In this document: piece by piece, positions 11,879-24,420 of the stretch
Numbering within the stretch: the stretch's first letter is position 1
Layout: each line of letters opens with the position of its first letter
Origin: Chiloscyllium plagiosum
Taxonomy: Eukaryota
Reading direction: 5' to 3'
Assembly: GCF_004010195.1 (NCBI RefSeq)
Contig: NC_057719.1
Coordinates: 31,997,982 to 32,049,899 of the forward strand
Length of the DNA: 51,918 bases
The notes under the pieces: generated by a model
Databases searched by the model: none
What the model was told of the DNA's origin: nothing
What the model saw: the letters and a program-made list of their open reading frames with translations, nothing else
Program-made: the position numbers and the translations under genes

Positions 11879-12683
11879 TGTATTATTTTAAACTTTATAA
11901 CTAACTTTATAAATCTTAAAGCAAGTAATTTAAAACTAACTTCCTTTTGTATTTTTACATATATAATCAGGACAGTAGGAAATACAAGAGAAGTAACTGA
12001 ATTTGATAAAATGGAATACAATGATTAACAGAATTCAAGCTGTCTTTAGAGACAAGCCAGCCTGAGATAGGCCTGAAGGAGTACTTTGGAATGTGAATGA
12101 ATAGGATGCACAGGAAAATCCCAAGGCCTAGGGAGTTTAGTTGAAAAGTACGGTGCTGGTAAAGTACAGCACGTAGGCAGCATCTGAGGAGCAAGAGAAT
12201 CGATGTTTCGGGCATATGCCCATGGATGAAGGCTTCTCTTGCTCCTTGGATACTGCCTGACCTACTGTGATTTTCCAGCACCACACTTTTCAACTCTGAC
12301 TCTCCAGCATCCGCAGTCATCACTTTGTCCTCGACAGTATAGTGTCTGTTAGACACCATGAGATCATCGGAACCTGGGACTGTCCATAGGAATGCCCATC
12401 ATTGATTAGGTGTCTCACAGGATTAGGTACACAGAGTAAGAGGGAAAGACATAGTGACCACATTGTATATGATCATTATAACTGAAAATGTGTAAGAATA
12501 CTGTTTTTCTTACTGTAAAATTACAGTGTGTCATGGATCTCCTTTCTGAGGCCAGTCTTAGGGAAGATCCTTTGGCCCTCTCCCTGCATTAACCGGTTTC
12601 TGCTTGAATAAAAATCTTCCACTTGCCAGAATTCTGCTTGCCTCCTGAATCTTCAATCCTGGTCAGGGAAAACTACTCCCACA
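11879..12683 (+). mobile_element. Possible solo LTR, interrupted by the palindromic Penelope-like element
   Basis: TG...CA bounds, AATAAA at ~12607 about 70 bp before the end, no ORF. No TSD found. Confidence 0.25.
12143..12332. mobile_element. Inverted-repeat (head-to-head) Penelope 3'-end element
   Basis: gaaaagtacggtgctggtaaagtacagca...ggcagcatctgaggagcaagagaa is mirrored by ttctcttgctccttggatactgcc...ttccagcaccacacttttc. Partial hammerhead remnants lie at the centre. Confidence 0.8.
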
Positions 12684-12831
12684 GATGTGTAGAGTTTCAG
12701 GCTCCCTGATATTGTGAATGTCTAAAGCAAGAAGGTTGCTAAGGAGAATGCTTCAGGAGTTATTCCCTTTGTGAGAGGGCAGGTTATTAACATCTAGATC
12801 ACATTCTTATCATAACTGAGAACAGTTACAC

Positions 12832-12985
12832 GATCACCATTAGGCTCGCATTCCATTCCAGAGTTTTATTGAAATCAAATTTCACCATCTGCATGGTGGG
12901 ATTTGAATCTATGTCCCCAGAACTTTAGCCTGGAATCCTAGTTCACTGGGCCACTGCCATTGCCACTTTGTCACCATTTGCCCAC
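12832..12985 (-). mobile_element. Head fragment of the second tRNA-like SINE family
   Basis: The minus strand has B-box-like GATTCAAATCC followed by caccatgcagatggtgaaatttga. It is homologous to 2150-2303. Confidence 0.65.
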
Positions 12986-13107
12986 GGTTAGCCACAGATG
13001 ATTCATCCTTCTTAGAGAGTACCTTTTTCTCAATGGAATATGGCTTTGTTAAAAGTTGTGAAATTTCTTCTTAAACATCTGCCACTGATTATGAATGCAG
13101 AAGGTTA

Positions 13108-13408
13108 GGGGTGGCACAGTACCTCAGCAGTTAGCACTACAGCTTCACAGTACCAGAGATCTGGGTTCGACTCCAACCTCGGGCGATTGTGTGGAGTTTG
13201 CATTCTCCCCATGTCTGTGTCGGTTTCCTTCTGGTGCTACAGTTTCCTCCCACAGTCCAAAGATATGTAGGTTAGGTGGATTGGCCATGCTAACTTGCCC
13301 ATGATGGCCAGGGATGTGCAGGTTAAGTGGATTAGCAAGGGGATAGGGTAGGGGGATGGGTCTGGACTCCTCAGAGGGGCAGTGTGGACTCAATGGGCTG
13401 AATGTCTT
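13108..13408 (+). mobile_element. HE1-type V-SINE, tail interrupted by a CR1 insertion (tail resumes at ~17598-17620)
   Basis: B box ggttcgactcc and V core are present. The tail gggctgaatg| continues after the LINE as ccttccacattatagtgattct. Confidence 0.88.
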
Positions 13409-16400
13409 CAAAGAACAAAGAGCAAAGAAAATTTGCTCTTCGGCCCTCCAAGCCTGAGCCGATCCAAATCCACTGTCTAAACTTATTGCCCAATTCCTAA
13501 GCACCTGTATCCCTCTGCTCCCCACCTACTCCTGCATTTGTCTAGACGCACCTTAAATGAATCTTCCATGCCTGCCTCTACCACCTCTGCTGGCAACGCG
13601 TTCCAGGAACCTACCACCCTCTGTGTAAAGTACTTGCCGTGTATATTCCCTTTAAACTTTTCACCTCTTACCTTGGAAAGCGTGACCTCTCATTACTGTA
13701 TCCCTCACACTGGGAAAAAGCTTATCTCTATCTACCTTGTCTATACCCTTCATGAGTTTGTAGACCTCAATCAGGTCCCCCCTCCATCTCCTTTTTTCTA
13801 ATGAAAACAATTCTAACCTACTCAACCTCTTCATAGTTAGCACCTTCCATACCAGGCAACATCCTCGTAAACCTTCTCTGCACCTTCTCCAAAACGTCCA
13901 CATCCTTTTGGTAATGTGGCGACTAGAACTGTACACAGTATTCTAAATGCAGCCAAAACAATGTCTTGTACAGTTTTAACATGACCTGTCTGCTCTTATA
14001 CTTAATACCCCGTCTGATGAAGGCAAGCATATCATATGTCTTCTTGACAACTCTATCCACCTGTACAACCACCTTCAAGGTACAATGGACCTGAACTCCC
14101 AGATCTCTCTGCTCATTAACTTTACCCAAGGCTTTTCTGTTTACAGTATAGCTGGCTCTGGAATTAGACTTCCTAAAATGGATCACCTCACATTTGTCTG
14201 GATTGAACTCCATCTGCTATTTCTCTGCCCAACTCTTCAGTCTATCTATTTTCTTCTGTATTCTTTGACAGTCCCCTATGCTTTCTGCTATTCCAGCAAT
14301 TTTCGTGTCATCGGCAGACTTACTAATCTGACCAACAATACCTTCATACAGATTATTATATCACAAACAACAGTGGCCTCAGCACTGATCTCTGTAGAAT
14401 ACCATTGGTCAGCTTTTTCCATTTCGAGAAACTCCTCTCAACTACTACTCTCTGCCTCCTGTTGCTCAACCAGTTCTTTATCCACCTAGCTAGAACACCC
14501 TGCACACCACGCGACTTCACTTTCTCCATTAGTTTACCATGGGGAACCTTATCAAACACCTTACTAAAGTCCATGTATATGACATCTGCAGCCCTTCCTT
14601 CATCTATCAACTTGGTCACTTCCTCAAAGAACTCTATTAAGTTGGTCAGGCATGATCTACCCTGCACAAAACCATGTTGCCTGTCACTGATAAGCCCATT
14701 CTTTTCCAAATATAAATCAATTTTATCACTCAGTACCTTCTCCAGAAACTTTCCCACCACTGAAGTCAGGTTCACTGGTCTGTAGTTACTTGGAATATCC
14801 CTACCAACTTTCTTGAACAGGGAGACAGCATGAGCAACCCTCCAGTCCTCTGGCACCTCAGCTATGTTTAAGGATGCTACAAAGATATCTGTAAGGGCTC
14901 CATCTATTTCCTCTCTCACTTTCCTCCGCAACCTGGGGTAGATCCCATCCGCTCCTGGGGATTTGTCCACTTTAATATCCTTTAGCCTACCCAACACATC
15001 TTCCCTCCTTATGTCAATGTGATCCAGACTAAACAAACTTCTATTTCTAATCTCAGCGTTCATCACCTCCTGTTCCTCAGTGAACACTGATGCAAAGTAA
15101 TCACTGAGAATCTCACCCATTTTCTCAGGTTCGACACACACACAACCTTTCTTCCTTATCCTTTAGTGAACCAACCCATTCTCTAGTTACCCTCTTGCTT
15201 TGTATATAAAAATAAAAGTCCTTGGGATTCTCCTTAATTCTGCTCGCTAAAGTTATTTCATGACCCCTTTTAGCCCGCTTGGTTCCTCGCTTAGGATGGG
15301 TCCTACTCTCCCGCTATTCTTCCAAGGCCTGTTTTGTTCTTAGCTGCCTGGACCTTATGCATGCTTCCTTTTTCCTTTTCGCTAGTTGCACGATTTCTCC
15401 TGTCACGAATATTGTCTTTCCTATCCCTTGTTTTCAAAGGGACATGCCTATCCTGCACTTTTTTCAACCTATCTTTGAAAGCCTCCCACATATCAAATGT
15501 GGACTTTCCTTCAAATAGCTGTGTCCAAGTCACATTTCCCACCTCCTGCTTAATTTTGATATAATTGGCCTTGCCCCAGTTAGTACTCTTCCCTTAGGAC
15601 CATTTTCATCTTTGTCTACGAGTATTCGAAAACTTACAGAATTGTGGTCACTATTCCCAAAGAAATCCCCCACTGCAACTTCTACCACCTGGCCTGGCTC
15701 ATTCCCCAATTCCAGGTCCAATATGGCCCCTTCCCTCGTTGGACTATTGACATACTGCTGTAGAAAAATTTCCTGAACGCTCCTTACAAATTTTGCCCCA
15801 TCCAGACCTTTGACACTAAGTGTATCCCAGTCAATGTTGGGAAAATTACCACCATCCTGTTGCCTCTACATCTTTCCATAATCTGTTTACCTATTTGTTC
15901 CTCTACCTCACGCTCATTGTTGGGAGGCATGTAATACAGCCCCAACAATGTAACTGCACCATTCTTAATTCTCATCATTCATAATGCCTCACTGCTCAAG
16001 CCCTTAATGGTGGCTTCCTTTAGCACAGCCGTGATATCATCCTCGACCATCAATGCAACTCCATCCCCCCCTTTTACTTCCCTCCCTATCCTGTCTGAAG
16101 CATCTATATCCTGGAACATTCAGTTGCCAATCATGCCCTTCCTTCAACCAAGTCTCTGTGATCACAATAACGTCATACTCCCAGGCACCAATCCAAGCCC
16201 TAAGTTAATCTGCCTTACCCACTGTACTCCTTGCATTAAAGTATATGCACTTCAGGCTGCCAGTTCTTTTGCGTTCATCTGTTCTCTGCCTGCTCTTCCC
16301 CTTGGTAATGCTAACTTCATGATCCATACAGTCTAGTTTCCACCTCACTGTCTACTAGTCTTCTCTTCTGGTTCCCAGCCCACTGCCACATTAGTTTAAA

Positions 16401-17597
16401 ACCTCCCAATAGCAGTAGCAAAAACTCCCCCAAGGACATTAGTTCCAGTCTGGTTCAGGTGTAGACCATCCAATTTGTAATAGTCCCACCTTCCGCAGAA
16501 CTGGTCACAATGTCCCAGAAATCTGAACTCCTCCCTCCTACACCATCCCTCAAGTCATGTCTTCGTCCTGCCTATTCTTTCATTTCTGCCCTGGCTAGCA
16601 CGTGGTACTAGTAGCAATCCGAGATCACTGCCTTTGAGGTCCTCCTCTTTAACTTTCTCCTAGCTCCCTAAATTCTGCTTTCAGGACCTCATCTCGTTTT
16701 TTACTTATATCATTGGTGCCTATATGTACCAAGACAACTGGCTGTTCACCCTCCCCTTTCAGAAAGCTCTGCAGCCGATCGGTGACATCCCTGACCCGAG
16801 CATCTAAGAGTCTGTTGTTCGTCCACAGAACTGCCTATCTACTCCCCTCACAATAGAATCCCCAATGACTATGGCCCTATGAATCTTTTTCCCGCCCTTC
16901 TGGACAGCAGTGCCCGCCACAGTGCCATGATCTTGACAACTGCTGCCCTCCCCTGGTGAGCTATCTCCCCCAACAGTATCCAAAACAGTATACCTGTTTT
17001 GGAGGGAGATGACTGCAGGGGACATCTGCTCTGCCATCCTGCTCTTTCTCTGCCTTTTTGTCACCCATTCTCTGTCTCCCTCAGCAATTCTAATCTACGA
17101 TGTGCCAAGTTCACTAAAAGTGCTATCCACGATCTCCTCAGCATCGCGGATGCTCTACAGTGAGTCCATCCGCAGCTCCAGAGCCGTCATGCAGTCAAAC
17201 ACGAGCTGCAGCTGGACACACTTCTTGCAAGTGTAAGAGTCAGGAACGTCAGACACATTTCTAAGCTCCCACGTCAAGCAAGAGGCACATACCACAGGTC
17301 TGAGGTCCCATGCCATTGCAAATCTTAGCTTTATATCAACTAACTAAAACCAAACAATGCCCTTAAATATATAAAGAAAAGAAAGAAAAAAGTAATAAAA
17401 GCCTTGCCTTACAGAGTGCTTTTTCTTCTGGTTAGAGGAAGGTAGGCAGAAGGGGGAGTACTACATGTGTTGTACCTCGGGTTTAGCTACTGTCCAAATT
17501 TATACTAAGTTCTTACCTTCCCGGCAACCTCCTTGTCTCCAACGTCACCTCCGCTCTGTCTCCCGCTGCTCCTGTCCAGGAGCAGCGGGAGACACCT
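13409..17597 (-). mobile_element. Near-full-length decayed CR1 LINE (5'UTR, ORF1 zinc finger/coiled coil + SGNH esterase, ORF2 APE-RT, tail)
   Basis: ORF1 starts at ~17315 and contains CKKCVQLQL...LELRMDSL, GDSIVRG (~16860), HIGTND (~16715) and DGLHLN (~16460). ORF2 contains YYMPPN, SDHNS, QHGFVQGRSCLTNL and DFSKVFDKVPH. The 3' tail is a (gttcttt)-type repeat. Many stops and frameshifts. Confidence 0.95.
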
Positions 17598-19486
17598 CCT
17601 TCCACATTATAGTGATTCTCTGAAAATGGGAGGTGTTGAGAGACAGGATTGCGTTACCAAGACCTGGGAAGAACAAGAATCAGGGCCAGTAAGTGAGCCA
17701 TGTAGTGTGACAGCCAGGAGCCGGACTCCAGGAACCGGGGTCAGGGAGGGCCAAAACCCTGGGCTGAAGTTGGTGGGTGACGGACGCTGGCTACTCTGCT
17801 ACTTACGCATGTTATAGTGTTACAAATGAATCAAGTGACTGGCTAGAGGGTTCTTTTAAAGAGAACATTTGAGAATAATCAGTTCAGTGTAAAATATTTA
17901 ATTAGAGAACAGGCCCAGTAGATGCCTTCAGATGGACCAAAAGTACAATATTCTTTTCTTTTTAATTGATAGACACATGAAGGTTCACTTCCCCTGTAAG
18001 TTGTTTTGTCATTTTAAATATCAATCCGTTTACTGTGTTAGCATATTTAAGAAACTGAGGACATAACAAAACTTTAGCAGTTTTACTTGCTCTGATGATC
18101 TGCATCTTGTCATCTGCTGATCTCATTGCTAGGTCTATCTGAGGTGAATTTCACTGTGATACAAGAACTCAGCTGCTTTAGTCTTCTTGTCTTAAATACT
18201 GACTGACTTGCATTTGTCTTTCTGCGGTTAGTCCTTTTACTTCATTCCAAGTATTATATTCAGCAATTCTAGCCAAGCTTTTCTCTTCAGAAATCAACGT
18301 TGCTATTGCAGTCATATTGTAATCACTGATATCGGTGGTCAGAAATTCATCACACAAGCTCAAAATCCCATCAATTTATATCAAATATTTCCAGGAAAAA
18401 AGCCACTGTTAGAATTTTTTTGCAGATGGAAATATCTGTAATAAATGCAGACCATTAGTTTCAATGTAATGCGGTATTCATAACAAATAGTTGACAACTT
18501 TTCTGAAGGCTAGTAAAAGCCTGAAGTAAAATAACTTTCAGCAACCTCAATCAAGGCATCAGTGAATATGAATCCATTGTCACCACAATTTACATAAACA
18601 AGTAAATCAGTATTTAAACCAAAAACATAACATAGTTCCAATATTTTCCTCTTTGTACAAATATGATAAATTGACTTTATTCTTTATTATTTACTTAGCA
18701 AGTTTTGAGAAGATTTGTTATTTAATTATTATTTACAACAAGCTAATAAAATTGTGAAATGGTTGTAATCAAGTAAGATGGCCAATGTTCATTTCCCTAC
18801 CAAACCATAATTAGTTCTAGTTTTTAAAAACACCACTGCCAAAAGTAATCATTTTAATAAATACTCAGTATACTTCAAATCAAGTTATATATTTAAAATA
18901 TGAAAGAACCAGATATTTATTTAATTTTCCCTTTTTATGTATTAAATATTAATCCACTTCCCTTTCCAAAAGAAACATGGGTCCTGTTCTGAACATGTTT
19001 AGTTAACATTTATTGAAGTATTCCATATTGTAACTAATCTCTCAGTAAGCACTGTTGTAATTTCTTTCTTGGCTCTTTAGTTAATTTGATGATTGCAGAT
19101 GGGAGTTTGAGGGGTTGTGATTTTGGTTGGGGGTTGGGGGAGGAGAGGTGGCAAGCAATGGTCTGGGTGATTTGAACATGAAGCCAGAAGGAACACTGCA
19201 GCTTCTCGCAGTTTCATACTCACTTAAGAAATTGTTAACTTTGTTTTGGTGGCAGCCTGGAAGTGGCTCACAGGTCACCATCAGCCCGCTGAATGGAAAG
19301 ATGGAGTTAAATTGTCTGCTCAATTTTCTACATTGCTAGCCCTTGGGGACTGCCTGCAAACCTAGTTTTCCTGATTACAGCAGGCTGCCTCCAGGCAACC
19401 CAATAATGCGGGCTGGTCCTTCGGCATGTATTGAGCAACTTATTTGCACTTAATGTTTTAATAATCCTGAACATCTCAATTGGATC

Positions 19487-19729
19487 CTAAGTAAAAACCG
19501 AAAGATCTGCGGATGCTGTAAATCAGAAACAAAAATAGAAATTGCTGGAAAAGCTCAGCAGGTCTGGCAGCATCTGTGGAGAGAAATCAGAGTTAACATT
19601 TCTGGTTGAGTGACCCTTCCTCAGAACTGGCAGTTCTGAGCAAGGACCACTTGACCCGAAACATTAACTCTGATTTCTTCCCACAGATGCTGCCAGACCT
19701 GCTGAGCTTTTCCAGCAATTCTTATTTTT
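19487..19729. mobile_element. Palindromic Penelope-derived element with two opposed hammerhead-like motifs
   Basis: About 97-bp inverted arms centred at 19630. Flanking direct repeat atctcaatt(g/a)gatc at 19473-19486 and 19730-19743. Confidence 0.88.
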
Positions 19730-20211
19730 ATCTCAATTAGATCACCCAGTAATTTGTAGTAGCATGAATCAAATAGTACTTTACTCAGTTTGAATGATCT
19801 TCTTTTATGTTTGTTTTTGTCTAACAGAGTTTTGGCAATTATGTTATTTCAAGTTACAGATCTCAATTGATCCTCCTCAATCCATGTAGGTCAATTTTAG
19901 TTACTTGTGACAGTTTTGGTTCATGTGCAGTAGCTCAAGTGGCTTACGAATCATTAACTAGGACATAATGACTATTGATGTCAATACAGCTGAACCTTAT
20001 AAATAAACAAAAGCTCATTTTGTGGGCATAGCTCTGTAAAAACTGGGATACTGAAAGGCAATGTAACTCTTTTCAGGCTTGAGGAAGTCAGAAATGCCAA
20101 ACTACTCGATAAAAACTGCGCGTTCAAATATTTAATTGGATCAGGCATGGATTAAGGACGCCAACAGCATTGAGTGAAGTAGTAATGGTAAGCAAACACT
20201 GCATGTACAAA

Positions 20212-20346
20212 TAAAATAAAGAACCACAGGTGCTGGAAATCTGCAAAAGAAACATAAGTTGCTGAAGAAACTCAGCAGGTCTGGAAGCATCTGTGGTGAG
20301 AAAACAGGGCTAATGTTTTGGGTCCAGTGACATTTCTTCAGGGACT
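20212..20346 (-). mobile_element. Penelope-derived 3' end (single arm)
   Basis: Homologous to 19495-19629. The minus strand reads cctgaagaaatgtcactggacccaaaacatt, a decayed hammerhead. Confidence 0.75.
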
Positions 20347-20711
20347 ATACTAAACAAGAATCAAAGGGTAAACAAGTACTGTTAGGGCATTTTCTGTAAA
20401 TAGGGACCCTGTCTTAATGTAATGTAGCAGTTTCATAAAGAAAAGAGTGGGTCAGTGTAAGAAGGACCATAGGAGCAGGAGATAAAAAAAAACAACTGTC
20501 ACTTAACCTGTTTCTACCTGTTAGAGGCAAAGTGTGACAATATAGGAATAGAGGTAGGTGATCAGTGAGTATTTCATCAGTGTCTTTTTTTTTGATTGGC
20601 CAAGTGATTTAATCAGGAAACGTCATTGCAGTTAATGAGTACAAATAAGAAATTCACTTTTAAAATATTTAACTCCCCAGTGAATTAATTAATAGAATAG
20701 AGAAGGCTGGG

Positions 20712-21277
20712 GGTTAAGGGAAAGAAAAAAATAATAACCAGGGGACTTAGAATCCAAAAAAATATATAGAACCAGAAGATTCAGCACCTCTTCAATTTAG
20801 GGCACTGACTCTGTGCTGGCTGGGCCACAGTCAGTGTGTTCCTGCTGATACTCTGTGTTTTGAGATTAGATTAGATTCCCTACAGTATGGAAACAGGCCT
20901 TTCAGCCCAAGTCCACGCCAACCCTCCGAAGAGTAACCCACCCAGACCCTTTCCCCTAACCTATATTTGCATCTGACACGATGGGCAATTGAATATGGCT
21001 AATTCACCTGACCTTAACATCTTTGGATTGTGGGAGGAAACCCACACAGACACAGGGAGAATGTGCAAACTTCACACAAACAGTCATCCGACAGAGGAAA
21101 TGAAGCCGGGCCCCCTGGTGTTGTGAGGCAGCAGTGCTAACCACTGAGCCATTGTGCCACCTATTTTGGCAGAGGAGAGTTTCTTTTTCTTTAACCCCAC
21201 CCCTACCTTTTTCCGGGGAGGATGTTTGTTCATTTTGGTTTTCTTTATTGTTTTCTGTGTGTAAAAAAAGGAAAAAA
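20712..21277 (+). mobile_element. TSD-flanked retroposed composite (Tx1 tail + LTR downstream half), with HE1 inside
   Basis: A 13-bp direct repeat agagaaggctggg lies at 20699-20711 and 21278-21290. The 3' end is A-rich, and the insert begins ggttaa+A-tract+ataaccagg. Confidence 0.65.
20863..21161 (-). mobile_element. HE1-type V-SINE
   Basis: The minus strand has head ggtggcacaatggctcagtggttagcactgctgcctcac, the V core and an (aatct)n tail. Confidence 0.92.
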
Positions 21278-21334
21278 AGAGAAGGCTGGGCAGGTGGCGT
21301 GTTGCAGCTATATTACGTGACAGCTTGTGGATGC

Positions 21335-22380
21335 TGCAAGGTTCGATACTGGGTCCACTGCTTTTTGTCATTGATATAAATGATTGGGTTGTGAATACAG
21401 GAGGAATGGTTAGTAATTTTGCAGATGACATCAGAATCGGTAGTGTAGCAGACAATGCAGAAGATCTATCTCCGATCTTAATCCGATGGGCTGAGGAGTG
21501 GCAGATGGAAATTAGATAAATATGAAGTGTTGCTTTTTTTTTATTCATTTGCGGGATGAGGGCATCACTGGCTAGGCCAGCATGCATTGCCCATACCTAA
21601 TTGTTCAGAGGGCAGTTAAATTCAGTAGGGCAAATCAGCGCAGTACTTATACATTTAATGGTAAGGTACTGGGGAGTGTTGCTGAACAAAGAGACTTTGG
21701 TTTCAGGTTTACAGCACCTTGAAGATCAAGTCGTAGGAATACAGGGTGGTGAAGAAGGTATTTGGTACACTTGCCTTTATTGGTTAGTGCATTGAATATA
21801 GGAGTTGGGAGGTCATGTTGCAGGATGTTGGTTAGATGATATTTGGAATAACACATTCAATTCTAGTTTTCTTGCTATAGGAAGGATGTTGTTAAACTTG
21901 AGAGGATGCAGAAAAGATTTACAAGGGGTTGGAGGTTTGGAGCTCTCGGGAGAGGCTGAATAGGCTGCGGCTGTTTTTCCTGGAGCATTGGAGGTTGAGG
22001 GGTGACCTTGTAGAGGTTTATAAAATAATGAGGGGCATGGATAGGGTGAATTACTATGGTCTTTTTCTTAGGGTGGGGGAGTCCAAAACTAGAGGGCAAA
22101 GGTTTAAGGTGAGAAGGGAAAGATTTAAAAGGGATCTAAGGGGCAACCTTTTCATGCAGAGGTTGGTGAGTGTATGGAATGAGCTGCCAGAGGAAGTGCT
22201 GGAGGCTGGTACAATTGTAATGTTTGAAAGGCATCTGGATGGGTACATGAATAGGAATGGTTTAAAGGGCCAAATGCTGGCAAATGGGACTAGATTAATT
22301 TATGATATCTGGTATCTGGTTGGCATGGATGAGTTGCACTAAAGGATCTGTTTTCATGCTGTACAACTCAAAGACTCTAG
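21335..22380 (+). mobile_element. 5'-truncated CR1 LINE
   Basis: QGSILGPLLFVIDIND...FADD...WQME; RLRGDLVEVYKIM; VWNELPEE; CR1 tail. Confidence 0.93.
21534..21620 (-). mobile_element. 5'-truncated copy of the second SINE (3' tail + poly-A) inserted in CR1
   Basis: The minus strand reads ttaactgccctctgaacaattaggtatgggcaatgcatgctggcctagccagtgatgccc...aataaaaaaaaa and splits CR1 gtgttgc|att. Confidence 0.8.
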
Positions 22381-22719
22381 GTACAATCCATAGTGGCCAC
22401 ATCTGCAGCAAGTGTTGGCTGCTTGAGGACCTTCAGCTCAGAGTTGTTGAGCTGGAGTCCAAACTATGGTTTCTGTGATATATTAGATAGAGGGAGAACT
22501 ATATGGACACTGTTTCAGCATACAGTCACACCCCTTATGTTAATGTTTGTGGTCAAGGATAGAAGGATGCGACTGTCAGTGAGGCAGATATGAGGATGTT
22601 TAATTTAGCTTTGGCCAAAATTTAGAATTTAGCAGTTGATACAAGTTTTTTCCCAATATGGATGGGGGCACAGATTGTATGGAGGGCTAGTGAACTGCCG
22701 TGGTCCAGAGTGTCAAGTT

Positions 22720-24420
22720 ATAATACTATGCCTTTAAGAGATGTTCTTGAAGAGGGATGGTATCAACATGTCTGCTTCAGACATAATTGGTAAACAGCTT
22801 TGAACTTTGAAATGCTGCTCCAATTAAGCAACATCCTTACTAGCTTAACCCTCTAAAATTAGTGCAGATACAAAAAGAAATTGAAAGAGTCAACAAAATC
22901 AAAGTGTGTTTCAACATATGGAGCTCAACAATTCTGATGGTGCCAAAACCAAATGGTACCCAATGGATTGTGTGAGGACTATCACAAAGTCAATGCAGTT
23001 ACAATATCCGATTTGAATCCGTTCCACATTTGGAAGACTGTATTGAGATGGTGCGACAAGCAATTTGTATTTCTAAGGTGGGCATACTCGAAGGATACTG
23101 ACAAGTCCCTTTATCTGAAAGAGCAAAAGAAATTTTGACTTTCATAATGTGGAATGGACTTTGCCAGTTTAAAATCATGCTCTTTGCTATGAAGAATGTG
23201 CCAACCACATTTCAAAGACTAACCAATAAGGTCATTTCAGGATTACTCAATGATATAGTGTACATAGACTATCTGGTGATTTTTAGTCACACATGGAAGG
23301 AACATTTGGAGCATCCAGCAGAATTGTTTGATCGACTCTAGGAGGTAGGTTTGGTGATAAATCTGGCTAAGAGTGAGTTCGCAAAAGTCCAAGTTACATT
23401 CTTGGGCCATACCACTGGATGTGGACTGATGTGAAAATGGGTTGTGAAAACAAAGGTTATTGGGAGTTTCCCATACTATCGATAAAGAGGGTAGTACTGC
23501 GAATCCTGGATCTGAATGGTTTGTACCTAATTCTGGCCGTGTTGTTGCTCCACTGACTTGTTGAAGAAGTACAGAAAATTTCAGTGGACTGATGAGTGTC
23601 AGAGGCATTTGATAGTCTGAAAGCTGCCCCAATGTTAGCAACACCCAAATACATGAAGCCATTCAACTTGGCAAGTAATATAGATGTCAAAGCTGTACTC
23701 TTGCAAGAAAACAATTAGAGTATGAGATAACTGGATATTTTTCCAGAAAATTGAATGTTCATCAAAAGATATGTTCCACCTTTGAAAAAGAGATGGTGTT
23801 GGGGCTGCAACATTTCAACATTTATATTGACAGTAATGTATTAGAGACTATTGTTTATACTGATCATAACTCCTTAATAGTTTTGGAAAAATTTAAGGAT
23901 AAACGTACCAGACTGTTTAGTTGGAGTTTATTGTTACACCCATTCAATTTGAAAATTATACACTTGGCAGGATGAGAGAGTATAATTGTGCCGACACATT
24001 GTCATGACTATCATGAAGCAAGACAAAGGCGTTCATTGTTGGAGGAAATGGACTGAGGTGAATTGTATAATTGAATGTTTGCAAGCTTAGATTTAATGTA
24101 ATGTTTTTAGATAATGTAGCGTACTAACAGCATGAGACCAAAGGTTTCGAATGTAAAGCCATCTGTGTATATTGATGGTTCATTTCTTTTTTAAGGGGAG
24201 AGAAGTGTGATGATTATGTGCCTTTATGGCATGTTCTGCCCCATTTCTCTTGAAGAGCGGTTTTGTCACCATGGTGTTGATATGTCTGTTTCAGAAGCAA
24301 TTGGCAAACAACTTTGATCTCCTTAAGTGTTGTTTTAAAATGAAACAAAAGAAGCATGACTCAGGCTCACACAGACCCAGGACATTAGTTTTGTTTCGGT
24401 TGAGGTTTGAAGTTGCTCTG
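22720..24420 (+). mobile_element. Gypsy LTR retrotransposon remnant (RT-RNase H, PPT, 3' LTR start), Gmr1-like order
   Basis: PIKQHPY; MVPKPNG; DYHKVNAVT; MKNVPTTFQRL...VYIDYLVIFS; STFEKE...VYTDHNSL...RLFSWSLLL. The PPT aaggggagagaag at 24193-24205 is followed by TGTGA. The LTR end is uncertain. Confidence 0.88.

Noticed and set aside
14356..15141. Longest ORFs (also 26826-28288 and 37162-37860) as functional genes
   Set aside because: They are CR1 ORF2 fragments bounded by stops and frameshifts; there is no intact element in the window.
17362..17518. Putative intron in the CR1 5'UTR (AG|GTAAG plus a pyrimidine tract)
   Set aside because: The similar donor/acceptor pair in the other CR1 (39453-39496) is only ~44 nt apart and placed differently relative to the hairpin; no consistent support.
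18178..18441. Minus-strand 61-aa ORF and an overlapping + strand open stretch after ttttctcttcag (NQRCYCSHIVITDIGGQKF...)
   Set aside because: No recognisable homology and no linked exons; the length is compatible with chance.
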